Assembly: GCA_973895155.1 (NCBI GenBank)
Contig: OZ316893.1
Location: 25,223,520 to 25,287,519 of the forward strand
Length of the DNA stretch: 64,000 bases
Direction: 5' to 3'
Origin: Marsupella aquatica
Lineage: Eukaryota > Plantae > Marchantiophyta
The notes beneath the pieces are model-generated. The model saw only the letters and a program-made list of their open reading frames with translations, was not told the DNA's origin and did not search any database. The position numbers were made by a program, and so were the translations under genes. The first letter of the stretch is position 1; every line of letters starts with the position of its first letter. Shown one piece after another: positions 51,653 through 64,000 of this stretch.

Positions 51653-53999
51653 TTTACTCATATTCCTATCTTCCATCCTGGCCTTCCCCCGTCAAGTTTT
51701 CGAAGAGTATTTTAGGTTTGTAGAGAATGGGAGCTGAAGAACCACCGTGAAATATGTCTAGGCTGGTTAGCACCTCTTTCGCTTGAAGAATTTCTTTCCT
51801 GAACTCCATTTCAAGAGATAGGAACATGTTCGACTCTGACTTGTGTTCAAACCATCGACTTGTAATTTTTTTAACTCAACCAACTTACGGGCAGACCAGA
51901 ATGGTCAACTTGTATGTTATGGGCCTTACAGAGATAGTACAGAACTTTGGGTATGGTCGTAATATGTGCAATTTGGCCTTAGAGGATGTTCCACCTACTT
52001 GTGAAAGTTGGATATTGAAACTGTTTCTATCCTCGGTGTTCGGAAAAAAACATCACCTATTAAAGCAGGAAAGAGTAGGTGATATCATTCACGAGGAGCT
52101 GCTTTGAGTACTGATGTGCTCCATTGATTGACATGGATTCGCAAGGGAGATGTACTTTCAGTTAGCATGCATGTAATCTTCTCGATATTTTTTATTGATA
52201 TGTAGAAATGCTTTATTCTTCATTGTTGTAGGTGATTACAATGTGACTCCACGACGAGATTTCCTGTCGAACTGGTTCTACTACCATTCAACTCAAGGAT
52301 GACTTTGACTGATGCAAATCTACGTACCTGTTTTGAGAGGGGATCAGACTTCAAAATTTCGGCCTTCCCAATGCTTTGGCCTGCACTGATAGTAGAACTC
52401 GTCAGATGATGTGCACGTACATTGGGTTTCCCTTTGGACGTAGTCTTTAGTCAAATCTTTCAGGAGATAGGGAGGTAGTATGTATTCTCTCTTGAATTCT
52501 TACGGACTAAGAAAATACATAATACCTTACTCCACTTTTGAGTTCGTTATGTTACCTTGTTTGTTAACTGGTTGTCCTTCTCGTAGTAAGAATGCATGCA
52601 AGGTTTTATAGCACCGCAGGAGCATTATGTGGTTGCAAACTAACAATCAGAACCACTTGAGTGGGGACCACTGGTTACAAAATATGCAAGTGTAATATTT
52701 TTCTGTATCCTTACAGATTGCAGCGACTGGACCAAGGGCTCAATGATCACTTCAGCTAGACCAGGGCATTGGATCTAGGATTGAACGGTCTCAGGTCAAT
52801 TCCCTTTCCATGCACAGGTCATGTTGGATGCTCGGGCTGTGTGCACTTGTGACAAAGCCTTGGATCTAGGATTGAAAGTCTCAAAATAGTTTTCCTTCTA
52901 TGCACAGGGGTGTGTGGAGGGCATAGAGTGGGTGTCATGTTGGATGCCCAGACTGGTGCATGCACAAAGCAAGCCCTTGGTCCAATCGCTGCATTCTCTT
53001 TCTCAAATTACGAATGCCTGTGAGAAGCACGCATGACCTCAGTGAGTGGAACAGATATGCTATCCGTGGGTCCATGAGGGGGTGGCCCCTTAGTTCTATA
53101 TATGCATATGCCATTAATGAACCGCCAGTGGGCTGCCCTAACTATGCACATGGCATCAGTAATGCGGAGTGACCTCCTCGTGGGTTGCTTTATATATATG
53201 AATCCGGAATCAGTGCAATGTGGGATGATGACTAATAAGATTTCTGACTAATTTTTGCAATAAGTGCAGTGTGGAATGACGAGTGTTCTGAAGTAGAAGT
53301 TAGTAATATCAGATGATCAATGAGTTTTTCTGTGAACAGTGATGATATCCAAAGCACTGGTAGATTTTTATCTCAGGTCTTTCCATGTGAGAAAAATGGT
53401 TCAATCTTTTTTTCACAACAGGGTTGGAAATTAACACTGTGATTGTTTATCTTCCAACCTTGGATGCCAACTCTGATATAAATCTCCTAGACCAGCAGAC
53501 CTGACGTTTCAATGAACAAGATCATAAGATGCAGGTTTCAATTGTCTATTTGAACGTTGCTATGTATGACACTAGGGAGTTATAAGTGATGCCCTTCCAC
53601 TCCTTGATAAATGTGGGCTGGATAAGTTCAGAAATACTGTGTCTTGTCTACGACTAAATCTCTCGTCGTGCTCTTACTTTTAGTTGGTTACCAAATAAAG
53701 ATATTCCATTCTTCTAAGATATATTGAATGTATCATGAGTGTTTTTATTGTCTATGTACCAATTACTGAATTTAAAGCCTGGATGGACCAAGGGGCTTAT
53801 TTTACCCATCCCCATTGGCTCTCTAATGTTGCTAATTAGAAATCCTCCATTTCTAATGAGTGCAAAACTGATCAAATATTTTAAACCAGTTGCCACCAGA
53901 TGTGTCATGCTTGACACAGAACAGTTTAGCAACTTACCACTAGGTGAACTATTTGAAACCAGCTGCAAAGGGTTACGAGCCTGTGCACATGTCACGTTT

Positions 54000-54210
54000 C
54001 AGTCAAACCTGTAAAAGATATTACCCGAGTCCTTTTAGAAGTTCTACACCAGTCCATCCAAGTTTTGGTATCAGTCAAACCTGTAAAAGATATTACCTGA
54101 GTCGTTTAAAAGTTTTGCACCGGTCCATCCAAGTTTTGGTATCAGTCAAACCTGTAAAAGATGTTACCCGAGTCCTTGAAGAAGTTCTACACCAGTCCAT
54201 CCAAGTTTTG
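54000..54210. repeat. ~71-bp tandem repeat, 3 copies
   Basis: cagtcaaacctgtaaaagat.ttacc.gagtc...agtt...cacc.gtccatccaagttttgg at 54000, 54072 and 54143. Confidence 0.92.
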
Positions 54211-57200
54211 GGAATCCACCCAGACGACTAGACAAACCTATTTAAGTGGGAGGATAGTCCAAAATTTGTCAACATAGTTAGGAAGAGGCAAAATTTGATC
54301 ACCAAATATTGCAGTGGTTTTTAAATTGAAGTCCAAAGCCATTTGTTCATCTTTGGACAGGGATAAAGGAGTGTATCAAGGCCAAAGTGAGCAACGGTGG
54401 TTTAAAGACTCATATAAAGTTCTCTACTTTCATAGTATAGGGGATAATGAATCCACTGTCCAGACATTCATATTGAAAGGTGGTTTGGTGCGATTTGCCT
54501 GAGTGTTGAGTTTTCTGGTCCTTGCGAAAGGTATGATAAAAACCTCTCGACTCTTCAAAGTTGAGAACACCACTAATGGTATCAATCAGATCCGAATCAA
54601 GCCTAGAGCTCCTGCGCAATCAAAACTATAACTGCACAAGGCTGTCTTCAGGGACAACTAAGTGGCAAGAACTGTGTAGGGGAGACCTTGACCATCCTTT
54701 GCTTCACAGTTTGAAGAGAATTGAAGAATCTACTTCCTCCGAATACGGACTTTGAGGTATAGCTTGTCCTTACCCCCTGGCATCATCAAGTCTCTAGGAA
54801 AGCGTAAGAGGACCTCAAATTCACCCAAATTTGTTAAGTCTGTAGGCAACATGACATTCGAAGCCACAAGCTCCACTCCCATCTGCCTTTTCACCTGCCA
54901 AAGAGTAACAAAGAGCCGGTAAGAGGCCAGAAGAACCAAAAGATCCAAACTGGCTAACCTAATACCAAATTGGCATTTTGAAGACTAAACTCATCGGTGT
55001 CGGGATAGACTTTTCAACCTTACGTCACCTACGATGATCTGTAGGGTAACCTAAGCACTTCATGGTGGCAACTCGCTCACTCGGTGACCAATGTGAAGAA
55101 GAATACGGTTGAAAAGTCAATTAGATGAAATGTACAGGAGATTCAGAAAAAATAGAACTTACTTCAAAAATAATGTCCTCTTTTGTGACAGCTTGCTGCA
55201 AATTGTTTAGACTACTCACATGTCGCCTCAGTACCTGCATTAAGGACGTAGATTTAAAGCTTTGCTTCGAAAGTATTTACTTCAGTCTAAAATCTGGACA
55301 CAATCCTTCGAGGAATCATAAACCTCTGCCACATATGCCCATCTATGTGTTATGACAGACTACCACAAACTGAGCTAGATGGCAATGGCATTGTTCTCTG
55401 ACGAAAGACTCAGATCACTTCCAGTTTTCCTGAAACACATTTTCGAGTACCAACACAAACAAGATGAGCGGTTTAACAATCATACCACTTTCCCAGCATC
55501 CAAACGTCTCAAAGCAGCTTCAATCTCCTCGAACTTTTCTTCTTCTGAGATGGTTTCGGTAGACTTGACATCCTCCTTTTCTACCAGTAGGTGAGGCCTG
55601 GCAAACTGCTTGCCAAAATCAGGTGTTGGTTAATAATTTGGGATATCCAAGAAGCCAGCATCACCCGCCCCCTTCTGTTCAAGAATATTACTCCCATTAT
55701 AAAGGTTCTCTAAAATGTTCGGGGCGTACCTTCAGCTGCTTGTTGACCAGAGTTACATATTTATCGAGAGCGGGTAAAGCCAGATGGTGTGGAATAAGTT
55801 TGTTGCGAGCGTAACCAGGAGCAACACCCACAACCTGACCTGCACGTCCTAAACCGTCAATCTCCTGCACAACCAAAGAAAATCGATAGCTTTTCAGTAC
55901 CTACAACAGGACCCAGCAGCTCTTCAGGAATGCTGAAAAACATTTTCGTTAACGGGTTCCAATTCAAGCAAAGCCGGTGATCTCTCTGCAGATTGTATTG
56001 ACTTGCGTTGATGTATGATACTCACAGGCTCAAGGTAGTACTTTTCATCAAAAGCAGTTAGAACACTTCAGCACGAAACAAAACCCTTAAACCAGATGAA
56101 AAGAAAAATCCTACCTCTGTAAGAACGACTTTCAGTGTTTTCAACCCCCTGACTCCGAAGATTCCTAACTTTTGCGATCCAGATGGGATTTCCTGTAAAA
56201 TTCCAACCATGTCTCATGTCTCAGTTATAGGAACTAAACAAGAAAAGAAAAGAAAAAGTACAAAGCAGAAAGCGCAAAACTAAAAGGCAGCCGCATTTAG
56301 CCAACCAAAGGACAAAATCCTCAACAATGTCAGCCTAACCATCTATCACACAATCTGTACCCCGAAACCCACGAATTTTGACGGCAACAGACGGGGAGAG
56401 GGACAGAGAGGCCAACCAACCATGAGTCTGAGTTACCTGGAGCAGATGAGGTGATCCAGAACTCTTAGCGTGATTGTTAAGGGAGGAGCTATGTCTTATG
56501 GACCTCCTCAGATCTTGATCAAAATTGGTACAGTCTCCACCCACCGGAAACGATCCTGTAGAAATCCATCTCAGCTGACGAACATGCCTCAAAAGGAGGT
56601 GATCGCGCATCATATCTACAGATTCAGGCGACAATGTAGACCCTGACGAGCTGCGTGCCGTGCCGTGCTTATACCCTAGCAGAACGGCACAGCTTTCCTA
56701 AACAACCAACCATCCACGGACAAAGTCTCAGAAAACGCTCGCCTCATCAACCTGGCGCATTCCGATCTCGCTCCAGCTATAATCTTCTTAGAGCAGTCCT
56801 GTGGCAGCTTCACAGACGGTGGTTTCTGGCAGATTACTACAGTAGGCAGAGCTTTCCCACTCATCACAGCTTGCAGCCTGATCAGTACTTAGCTCGTTTG
56901 TGAGCTTTTCCTTTCATTGGCAAATGCCATTTTGCTGTTTAGAATCCTCTCCTGTTATGCCTGCTGGATCTCGTGCACATTTACTCTTCTGGGTGCTTGC
57001 GTTTGGCTTCTCCATTTGCAGGTTCGACTGTTTAATTTGGTCTTGGAACTCTTCCTCGTTGGCCAATACGTTTCGATGTGGTGCAATTTGGCAAATTTCT
57101 GCCAAAAAAACGCTGATGTAAGGGAAACCGGTTTACTGTAGATGGGAGTAAACCCTCGTCTTGTATGTACCAAGGGTTTGCTCTTAATTGGGTTTGCTGT

Positions 57201-57277
57201 TTAATTAAACAGCCACTATAGAAAGAGAAGTGTCCAACACTTCCTTCAATATACACACTAGCCTGAATGGACATTCT

Positions 57278-57418
57278 TTGAATGTTAAGAATGTTGATAA
57301 GAATGTTAAGAATGTTACTAGAGATAAGACCAAAAAAAACCTTGCAAAAGAATCTATGTGGAATGTTAAGAATGTTACTAGAGATAAGACAAAAAAAAAC
57401 TTGCAAAAGAATCTATGT
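57278..57418. repeat. ~60-bp tandem duplication with gaatgttaa sub-repeats
   Basis: gaatgttaagaatgttactagagataagac.aaaaaaaac.ttgcaaaagaatctatgt at 57301 and 57361. Confidence 0.85.
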
Positions 57419-58629
57419 TGTTCCTCTCATCTTTGCTCCCATTAGTGGTTTTGGTATTCACTCAGTTTTGTTTTTATTAGTTTAGTCTTTATTCTATGTT
57501 GTTCCCCTTCTCGACAGGCTTCCATTAGTGCTTTTGGTATTCACTCAGTTTTTTAAATTTGTGTAGTCTTTATCTATAGTTACTGTCTAGAGGTTTCACT
57601 TTAGAAATCTAGACCCCAACTGTAGGTTCTGTTCGTGCTTTATAAATAAGATTCCATTCAATTCTGTGCCAGTTTGTTCCATGAATTCAGGAAAAAAAAA
57701 CTACTGATGCTGAAACCTGGTGGATCCAGGTTTGTGTCATGGCTAGCAGTGTTTTAAGCCATAGCTGCCACTATAAAAAGGGCCTGGCCCCTAACTTGCC
57801 ATTGTTCATTTACTTAAGTGAACAGTAGACCTACCCTCTAGGCCCTCCCACTTACATCCCATCATAGAACCCTTATATGATTTGTCTTGATTTCTTAAAA
57901 ACTATGAACTTCTTAGATGCAGTTGATTGTGCCCATCTCGTTGAGAGTTATGTGTTAGGAAGCACTGTATTGCCCCCTATGGTGAGCTAATGAGATGGCA
58001 CTGATACTAACAAAATTTAAATTTAAGTGTTGTGTTATAATTATACATGATTCCATTTTATGTGAAATGATTACTTTATACAGAACTGGTGACCTAAGGA
58101 AGTAAAAGGTTAAGGTGATGATGATGAAAAATTCTGAGACTGCTGTATGGTGGTAGCTTCTGTTGGTAATAAGACAAGATAGTATTTTGGCTTTTCATTT
58201 TTCATTTAATATAGTTTTCCAGTATGTTTTTGGAGGTGATTTATTTATCCCTGGAGTCCTATAAGCGAGGAGATTGAATATTGTTTTCTGTGATTTATTT
58301 TTTCCCTCTGCCAAATTATTTTATCTTTCATTGTGGCCTTAAGCAACTACATGCACCTACTTTGAGTCCAGTGAATTGGCAACACGTGTCCATCCTCTTT
58401 GTCCAGAAACTATGTTCTCCCAGGGGTCTTGTACTGCTGTTATACGTACCCAAACACAAGTATGTGAAACATTCGGTTGCTTTGACAGGGCCAATTCAAC
58501 AAAACAGAATGCCAAATTTTCCTTCAGGGACTTCAATGGGTACCAATGTAGCTGCCCCGGTCTAAGACAGGGCTAAGCAATACATCACATTTGAATGGAA
58601 ATTCAGAAATCAATGCGTTCTTTTCTCAG

Positions 58630-58797
58630 GTTTGCTCCATGAACTCTTTTATCTTCTTTTATTACAAAATGCGTATATTGCAAAAGTTTGCACCATGAAC
58701 TCTGTTATCTTCTTTTATTACAAAATGCGTATATTGCAAAAGTTTGCTCCATGAACTCTGTTATCTTCTTTTATTACAAAATGCTTATATTGCAAAA
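58630..58797. repeat. ~56-bp tandem repeat, 3 copies
   Basis: gtttgc.ccatgaactct.ttatcttcttttattacaaaatgc.tatattgcaaaa repeated three times. Confidence 0.92.
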
Positions 58798-59498
58798 GGT
58801 GTAATATGTACATCAGGAACAAAGATGGTGTGAGTAGATCCATCCCCATCAGGCCTGCCTTGCAACGGAGAGCCCAAAATTACTACTGCTACACTTACAG
58901 TAGGCTGTATAATATATGCAGTTATACATATTGCACTTATCCACGGTACACTGTACTACTAAGGTACACAGAATACTCTGTTGCGAACCCAACGTAACGT
59001 AATGATGAGTGAGCGAGGCGAATTCGAAACTCGATTCAGATATCTTTGCCAATTTTTATATTGGCTCGAAAGTGTACTGTGAGACTTTTCCCGAACACTA
59101 AAATTGCTCTGATCGTATATCGTTTTTTTTTATGATGATGCCCGTCCTTGTTTTCTATTATGGTCCCCCCCAGACGGAGAATCTTCGTAGTAAGATCGAA
59201 GAAGAGGAGAAAGAAAGAGAGAAGAAGCTTGCACAAGAGTACGAAGTCTGCCCACTTTCTTGACAGCATCTTATTTTTCTGGTCTTTAGCCTCAATCCTG
59301 ATCACTTTTGTGAGACTTTTATGGATTTTATCCCTACTCCAGTTCATGTTGTGTCTTGTTGTAGGTGCTTTTGTATGTGAGCGTCTGAGCTTTACAGCGT
59401 TGAGAATACGCTGTTTAGACTCTTAGTTTATATAAAGCAGTGCGGTCTGTGCACTTCGACTCCTGTGTTTTAATTCCGGGTGCCCTTCCAATACTCAG

Positions 59499-61626
59499 AG
59501 AAGAAGAACGTCATGTGCTAAAGCGGAAGAAAAGGAGAGCCAAGGGGCCATCAAAGTTGTCATTTGCGGATGAGTTTGAGGTTGATTCTGACGAGGACGT
59601 GAGTGGAGGTTCGAGTTGAAGGGTCTTTTATTCTACAGCCAGATACGAGTTGAGTGGGTTGAAGACGGTCTTACAAGTTTACTTTCTCTGCCTGCAACAA
59701 CTACTAATAAAATTGCGATCACGAATTGTGCAATGTATAGAGTTAGAGGAGGAGCGCAAAGCAAAACTGTGCAAGTTTGGAAAGGATCCAAGTGTTGAGA
59801 CTAGTTTCTTCATACTCCGGACAGGTATGAGGAGTTTATATCGTCATGCCTTGCTGAAGTTTTTTTCTATGTGAGAGGTGCCTCGAAGGCTTGTTCTTTC
59901 TTCTTTCAATTGTAACATCTTGCTACTTTTTTCATCTGCTGGGAAGGATCATATTCTTCAAACGACATATATATGTCTGATCAATGATGGGCCTTGGAGT
60001 TAGTCGTCGTGTTCATCACTATTTGAACTCCAGAGTGTTAGGTCGATGCTGCATTGACTCTTTCCCCAACCTGGTAATAAGGGAGTGGAGGGTGCTACTT
60101 CCAGAGAGCGTGAGGCTGAGGAGCAAGCTGAGCGTGAACGTTTGCGTAAACAGTGGTTGAAAGAACAGGAACGGATACGCAGTAAGTTTTCATCTCAATT
60201 CTTCTGTGATTGATGATTTTCTGTGGTCTTGTTGACCTAAGTGCCCTGTTTATATTGCATAAAGAGCGGTTGTTTCTGAGGTCAATCATTTGGGATGGTG
60301 CAGATGAGCCTTTGAAGATTACATACAGTTATTGGGATGGCGCTGGTCATCGACGCGTTATTCAGGTGTGGGTTTTTACCATTAGTTTGTTATGAAGCGT
60401 TGTTCAGAAACTGATCGTCAAACTTTGTCATTCAAGCTCCGCTCTTGAGGTGAGTGATTGTTACTGCAACATCATGTGGCGTCCTTGATTTTTGGGATGC
60501 AGGTTCGCAAGGGAGATTCTATTGCTGAACTTTTACGTGCGTCCAACAACAACTTGCTTCGGAGTTCAGAGAGATACAGTACTGAATCAGTTGAAAATCT
60601 TCTTTATGTGAAGGAGGACTTGATAATACCCCATGTAAGATGACCAAACATGCATCTTTAGAAGTTCTGCTCGGTTTAGTTTGTCCTGGGTATCACCTAT
60701 CTTCGATTCCGCGGGTCATGAAAATGATTGTTATTGCACATTGTTCTGATATGCCCCTCTCTAGTCTTGAGAGCTGATGACTTTGTACAAAGTAGAGGTC
60801 CAAAATGTTAGCTAAGACATCTCAATTTGTTTTGATGAGGCGTGGTCGATCTGACGATGACATCGGCATCTGTGAACATAGCAACATAGTTTCTATGAGC
60901 TCATCGTCAACAAGGCTCGGGGAAAAAGTGGTTCTCTAAGTCAGACTTCCTATTATTGTCTTGCGGACCTAGATATCAAAAGTAGATACCTGGAAGAAGG
61001 CCATTCTCAATGTGCTAGGCCTGCACGAGGTTTACTTGAAGGAATGTATTGTATCTTTGAAGCTCTTACATCTTTTCAAACGTGGGTATGCAGCTGTTTC
61101 ACTTCGATGTACATGAAGATATTAGAACCATTGCAGATGCTACTATCGAGAAAGATGAGGTACAGCGCTTTTTTGATGATCTGCTGTCTTACACCATAAA
61201 CTTCATAATAGTACCCAGACCTACAACAAACCTTATTTGTGACCTGACGATTGTGGATTTTGGACAGTCTCATGCAGGGAAGGTTGGAGAGCGGCACTGG
61301 TACGAGAAAAACAAGCACATTTTCCCAGCTTCAAGGTGGGAGGTATTGTCTCACAACTCTATTATGTATCTTCTGTGCCTAGAGACTTGCAATTCAGCCC
61401 TCGTCGTCAGATGTGCAAGCATCCGAGACAATAGGTGGAGACCGAGTATCATCAGCCTACTTTTAAGAAGTCTTGCAGTGAGATGGACAGCAAGCTGCTA
61501 CGTTTTGTAGTCTTTGTGATATTAATAAGTTGCATTTATGTTTTTTTGCTGTGTTTTCAGATTTACGACCCAACAAAGAGATGGGAGCGGTACCCCATCC
61601 ACGGTGACCAATTACATCAATCATAA
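59499..61626 (+). pseudogene. XCT: XAP5/FAM50 (XAP5 CIRCADIAN TIMEKEEPER-like) intron-containing pseudogene lacking the N-terminal exons
   Basis: Exons encode [150 protein letters not shown] and IYDPTKRWERY.IHGD. Lesions: frameshift at ~59810, paired indels at ~60540/60577, donor site reads ctaagt (~60936), and the expected stop after IHGD reads CAA. No N-terminal exons are found upstream. Confidence 0.88.
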
Positions 61627-63106
61627 GTTGTGGATTATTCATTTCATTTCTAGAAGTAGCTCCCAAGCTGATTAAACCACGCATCGGGGTATAAAAGGGC
61701 ACGTTGGTGTCGGGTACTAAACTTTACCAGATTGTTTTTGAAAATGTGAGATATATTATCAGACGCACAGATGGGCTTATTATTTCCCAAACTGTAGTCC
61801 AGTCCCACGAATTTTTAGGTGTTGAGCTTCTATCAGAAGAAGCTGATGCATGCTACCTTGGTGTGGATTCTGAATTTATGACGGGACCCAGAGAACTGTA
61901 GACAGCAGAGGATAATCGAATTCAAGTCCCCTGGTTGACAAGAAAGCAAGAGAGGTGTGGGACATGTTGTCAATTGACCACTATTGTCAAGCCTTCCTGT
62001 TGTTTTCTCGAAAGGCTTTCTTTTGAGGTGTGGCGAACGAAGCTCATTTGGCTGCTAGCACTAAGTAAGAATCTTGGCCAAGAAGAACATCCAACCGAGA
62101 AGATTCGTCACAACTGATGTGCATCAGTAGTTCTTAGTGTGGATGAAATTCGTATAGGTTGTTTGGGGAACGGTGACAAGCACTCTCGGAGAAAGTCTTT
62201 ATCACCATGAGCAAATAAGGCTGGCTTTATGTGGTTCGGTTTTTCGTGCATCTCGTTGCAACAACAACCAGACGCACTAGCGTTGGAAGATTGTGTTTCT
62301 TGGCTACTCTTGCGTTTTTGAGCTTTTTGGAAAGAGAATGCCATTTTTGCCAGATCCAAGACAATAGGTGGAGACAAGCCCAACCCAACCGTAATGACGA
62401 CGAAGGAATTCTCCTGAGGAGTAGTGTACACTGATATGTTTCCAGGAATGAAACTCTTGAGTGGAATCTGTAGATCCTGTCCTGATTGATTGAAAGGGGA
62501 GCCTACGCTAGGAGTCGGGGATAAGTTTCCATGGACCATAAGATGATGAATGATGTAAAAAGGTTCGAAATTGAACAAACTGTGTAAACTGGTATTGTTT
62601 TACTTGTTCTTAACAGGATTCCTACGGTTACATGTGATCTTTCCTTACTTTCACTAGACATCATTTTTATTGTTTATATTAATTACAAATGAAGAGAATC
62701 GGTATCTCACATAGGATAATAGAGACATAAATTACAAAAAAAATCATTTTGATCCCAAAGGCAAGAGAACTCATTTTGATCCTAAAGGCAAGGATGGGTT
62801 AGACACAAGGAACAAAAGAATGAGCGAGAGACAACGACGAAGAACGCAGTCACGCATGCATGTGCCGAAAATACTATAAAACGTGGGACTATTTTACTGC
62901 GTCAATAGTACAAAGCCGAAATCACGACAGTCACGAACGGAAGAGTAGCTAGCAGTTTCATGGAAATTGACTGAATGAATCGCTGAGTTGATGGCAGTTC
63001 GTGTGAGAGAAGGAAACTGTGCAGGCAATATCGATGATCTTTATGGAGGTAACGTGATTTTGGTGCATGTACAACATCTGGGTGTGGCGGGGAGACGGAC
63101 CGACTG

Positions 63107-63234
63107 AGATTAGTTGGCTGGTTGTTCAGATGTAAGAAAGATTGTGGGGCCAATCGATGGAGTTAAGCATAGATTAGTTGGCTGGTTTTTCAGATGTAAG
63201 AAAGATTGTGGGGCCAATCGATGGAGTTAAGCAT
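63107..63234. repeat. ~64-bp tandem duplication
   Basis: agattagttggctggtt.ttcagatgtaagaaagattgtggggccaatcgatggagttaagcat twice. Confidence 0.9.
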
Positions 63235-64000
63235 GCAGAGCTTTGATGAGCTTGTCGATCGATGAGCAAGGTCATCCACCTTGAACCTTCGGGGGAACGG
63301 GATCAAACGAATGTTTCGGTACAATGCACTGTGTACAATCATGCACGTACTGCTATTTGGAATTTTGCTCTTAAAAAAACTGACTGTGATGCAGACGATC
63401 TATGACATAGTAATGGCGAAGAGGAATATCTGGAGGCAAAGTTCTCAAACGCGTTTCCATGCATCGGAAAACACACCCCCAGACAGCCAGGCTTGATTCG
63501 ATGACGCCATCAATTCCTTCGAGCGAAATGGGGCCCTCATGGATATCAAACAAATCTGTGATCACAGATCCTTGCTCACAGATCCCAGCTCACAGATCCC
63601 AATGATCAGGGATCTGTGAGGAGCCCAAACGAGGGCCCAATAAAATTAAACCCCACCGTTTTGAGGGAGGATTGCGACTGCGACGCCAGCGAACTAACTC
63701 GCGCTGAGAAAAGCTTACTCCTGAAACAGGAAGCACTTTACGAAAACTTGGTGCAGCGTATTAATAATTGGTCGCTGCAGCACCCATCTAAAAACACGCA
63801 AACAAAGCACAAAAAGCTGGCTCGATGGAGAGTCAGATGGAAAAGGGGAGCTAGTGATGATGAGTGATAGGGACACTTCGGAGAATTGCCTCCGAATCGG
63901 TGGCAAAGAGCCACAGGCGGCCAGGCATAGCATGTTTTTCAGTAACTATGACGACGCAGGCACTACCGAAGCAAACAAGCATGCTACAAGAGAGCAGGTC

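Noticed and set aside
53400-56700. LINE or LTR-retrotransposon pol remnant
   Set aside because: No reverse-transcriptase (YADD/YVDD), endonuclease, RNase H or integrase motifs could be read.
54000-58797. Tandem repeats (71, 60 and 56 bp; also 28078-28725 and 38290-38620) as CRISPR-like arrays
   Set aside because: Eukaryotic context, units repeat in full without unique spacers, and there are no cas genes. These are minisatellites.
61900-64000. ORFs 62108-62578 (-) and 63616-63867 (+), and a possible gene start at the right edge
   Set aside because: No recognisable domain or consistent exon chain; truncated by the window.

Overview
Eukaryotic, intron-rich land-plant nuclear DNA. A non-seed plant such as a bryophyte is plausible, but that is inference. 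Host genes, all on the + strand: two tandem paralogs of a C2-domain/class-3 lipase (copy 1 runs off the left edge, copy 2 is complete at 10966-18232), an intact THO complex subunit 3 gene (TEX1/THO3, 23276-27006), an intact HYL1/DRB1-like dsRNA-binding protein gene (49487-51652), and a 5'-truncated, intron-retaining XAP5/FAM50 (XCT) pseudogene (~59499-61626). Between THO3 and HYL1 lies a TE-rich interval. Its most notable part is a decayed Helitron Rep/PIF1-helicase gene on the - strand whose ~1.65 kb Rep (HUH) core has been inverted in place between 5-bp inverted microhomologies. Facing it tail-to-tail is a spliced, now disrupted gene for a 2OG-Fe(II) dioxygenase with TET/JBP-like motifs, a candidate DNA-base-modifying cargo of a rolling-circle transposon. 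Also present: solo LTRs with 5-bp TSDs (one nested in reverse inside another), a MULE-like foldback element, TA-TSD MITEs, a second Helitron 3' end and several minisatellites. All calls come from reading motifs by eye; no database search was run, and exon boundaries are inferred from GT-AG sites and frame continuity.
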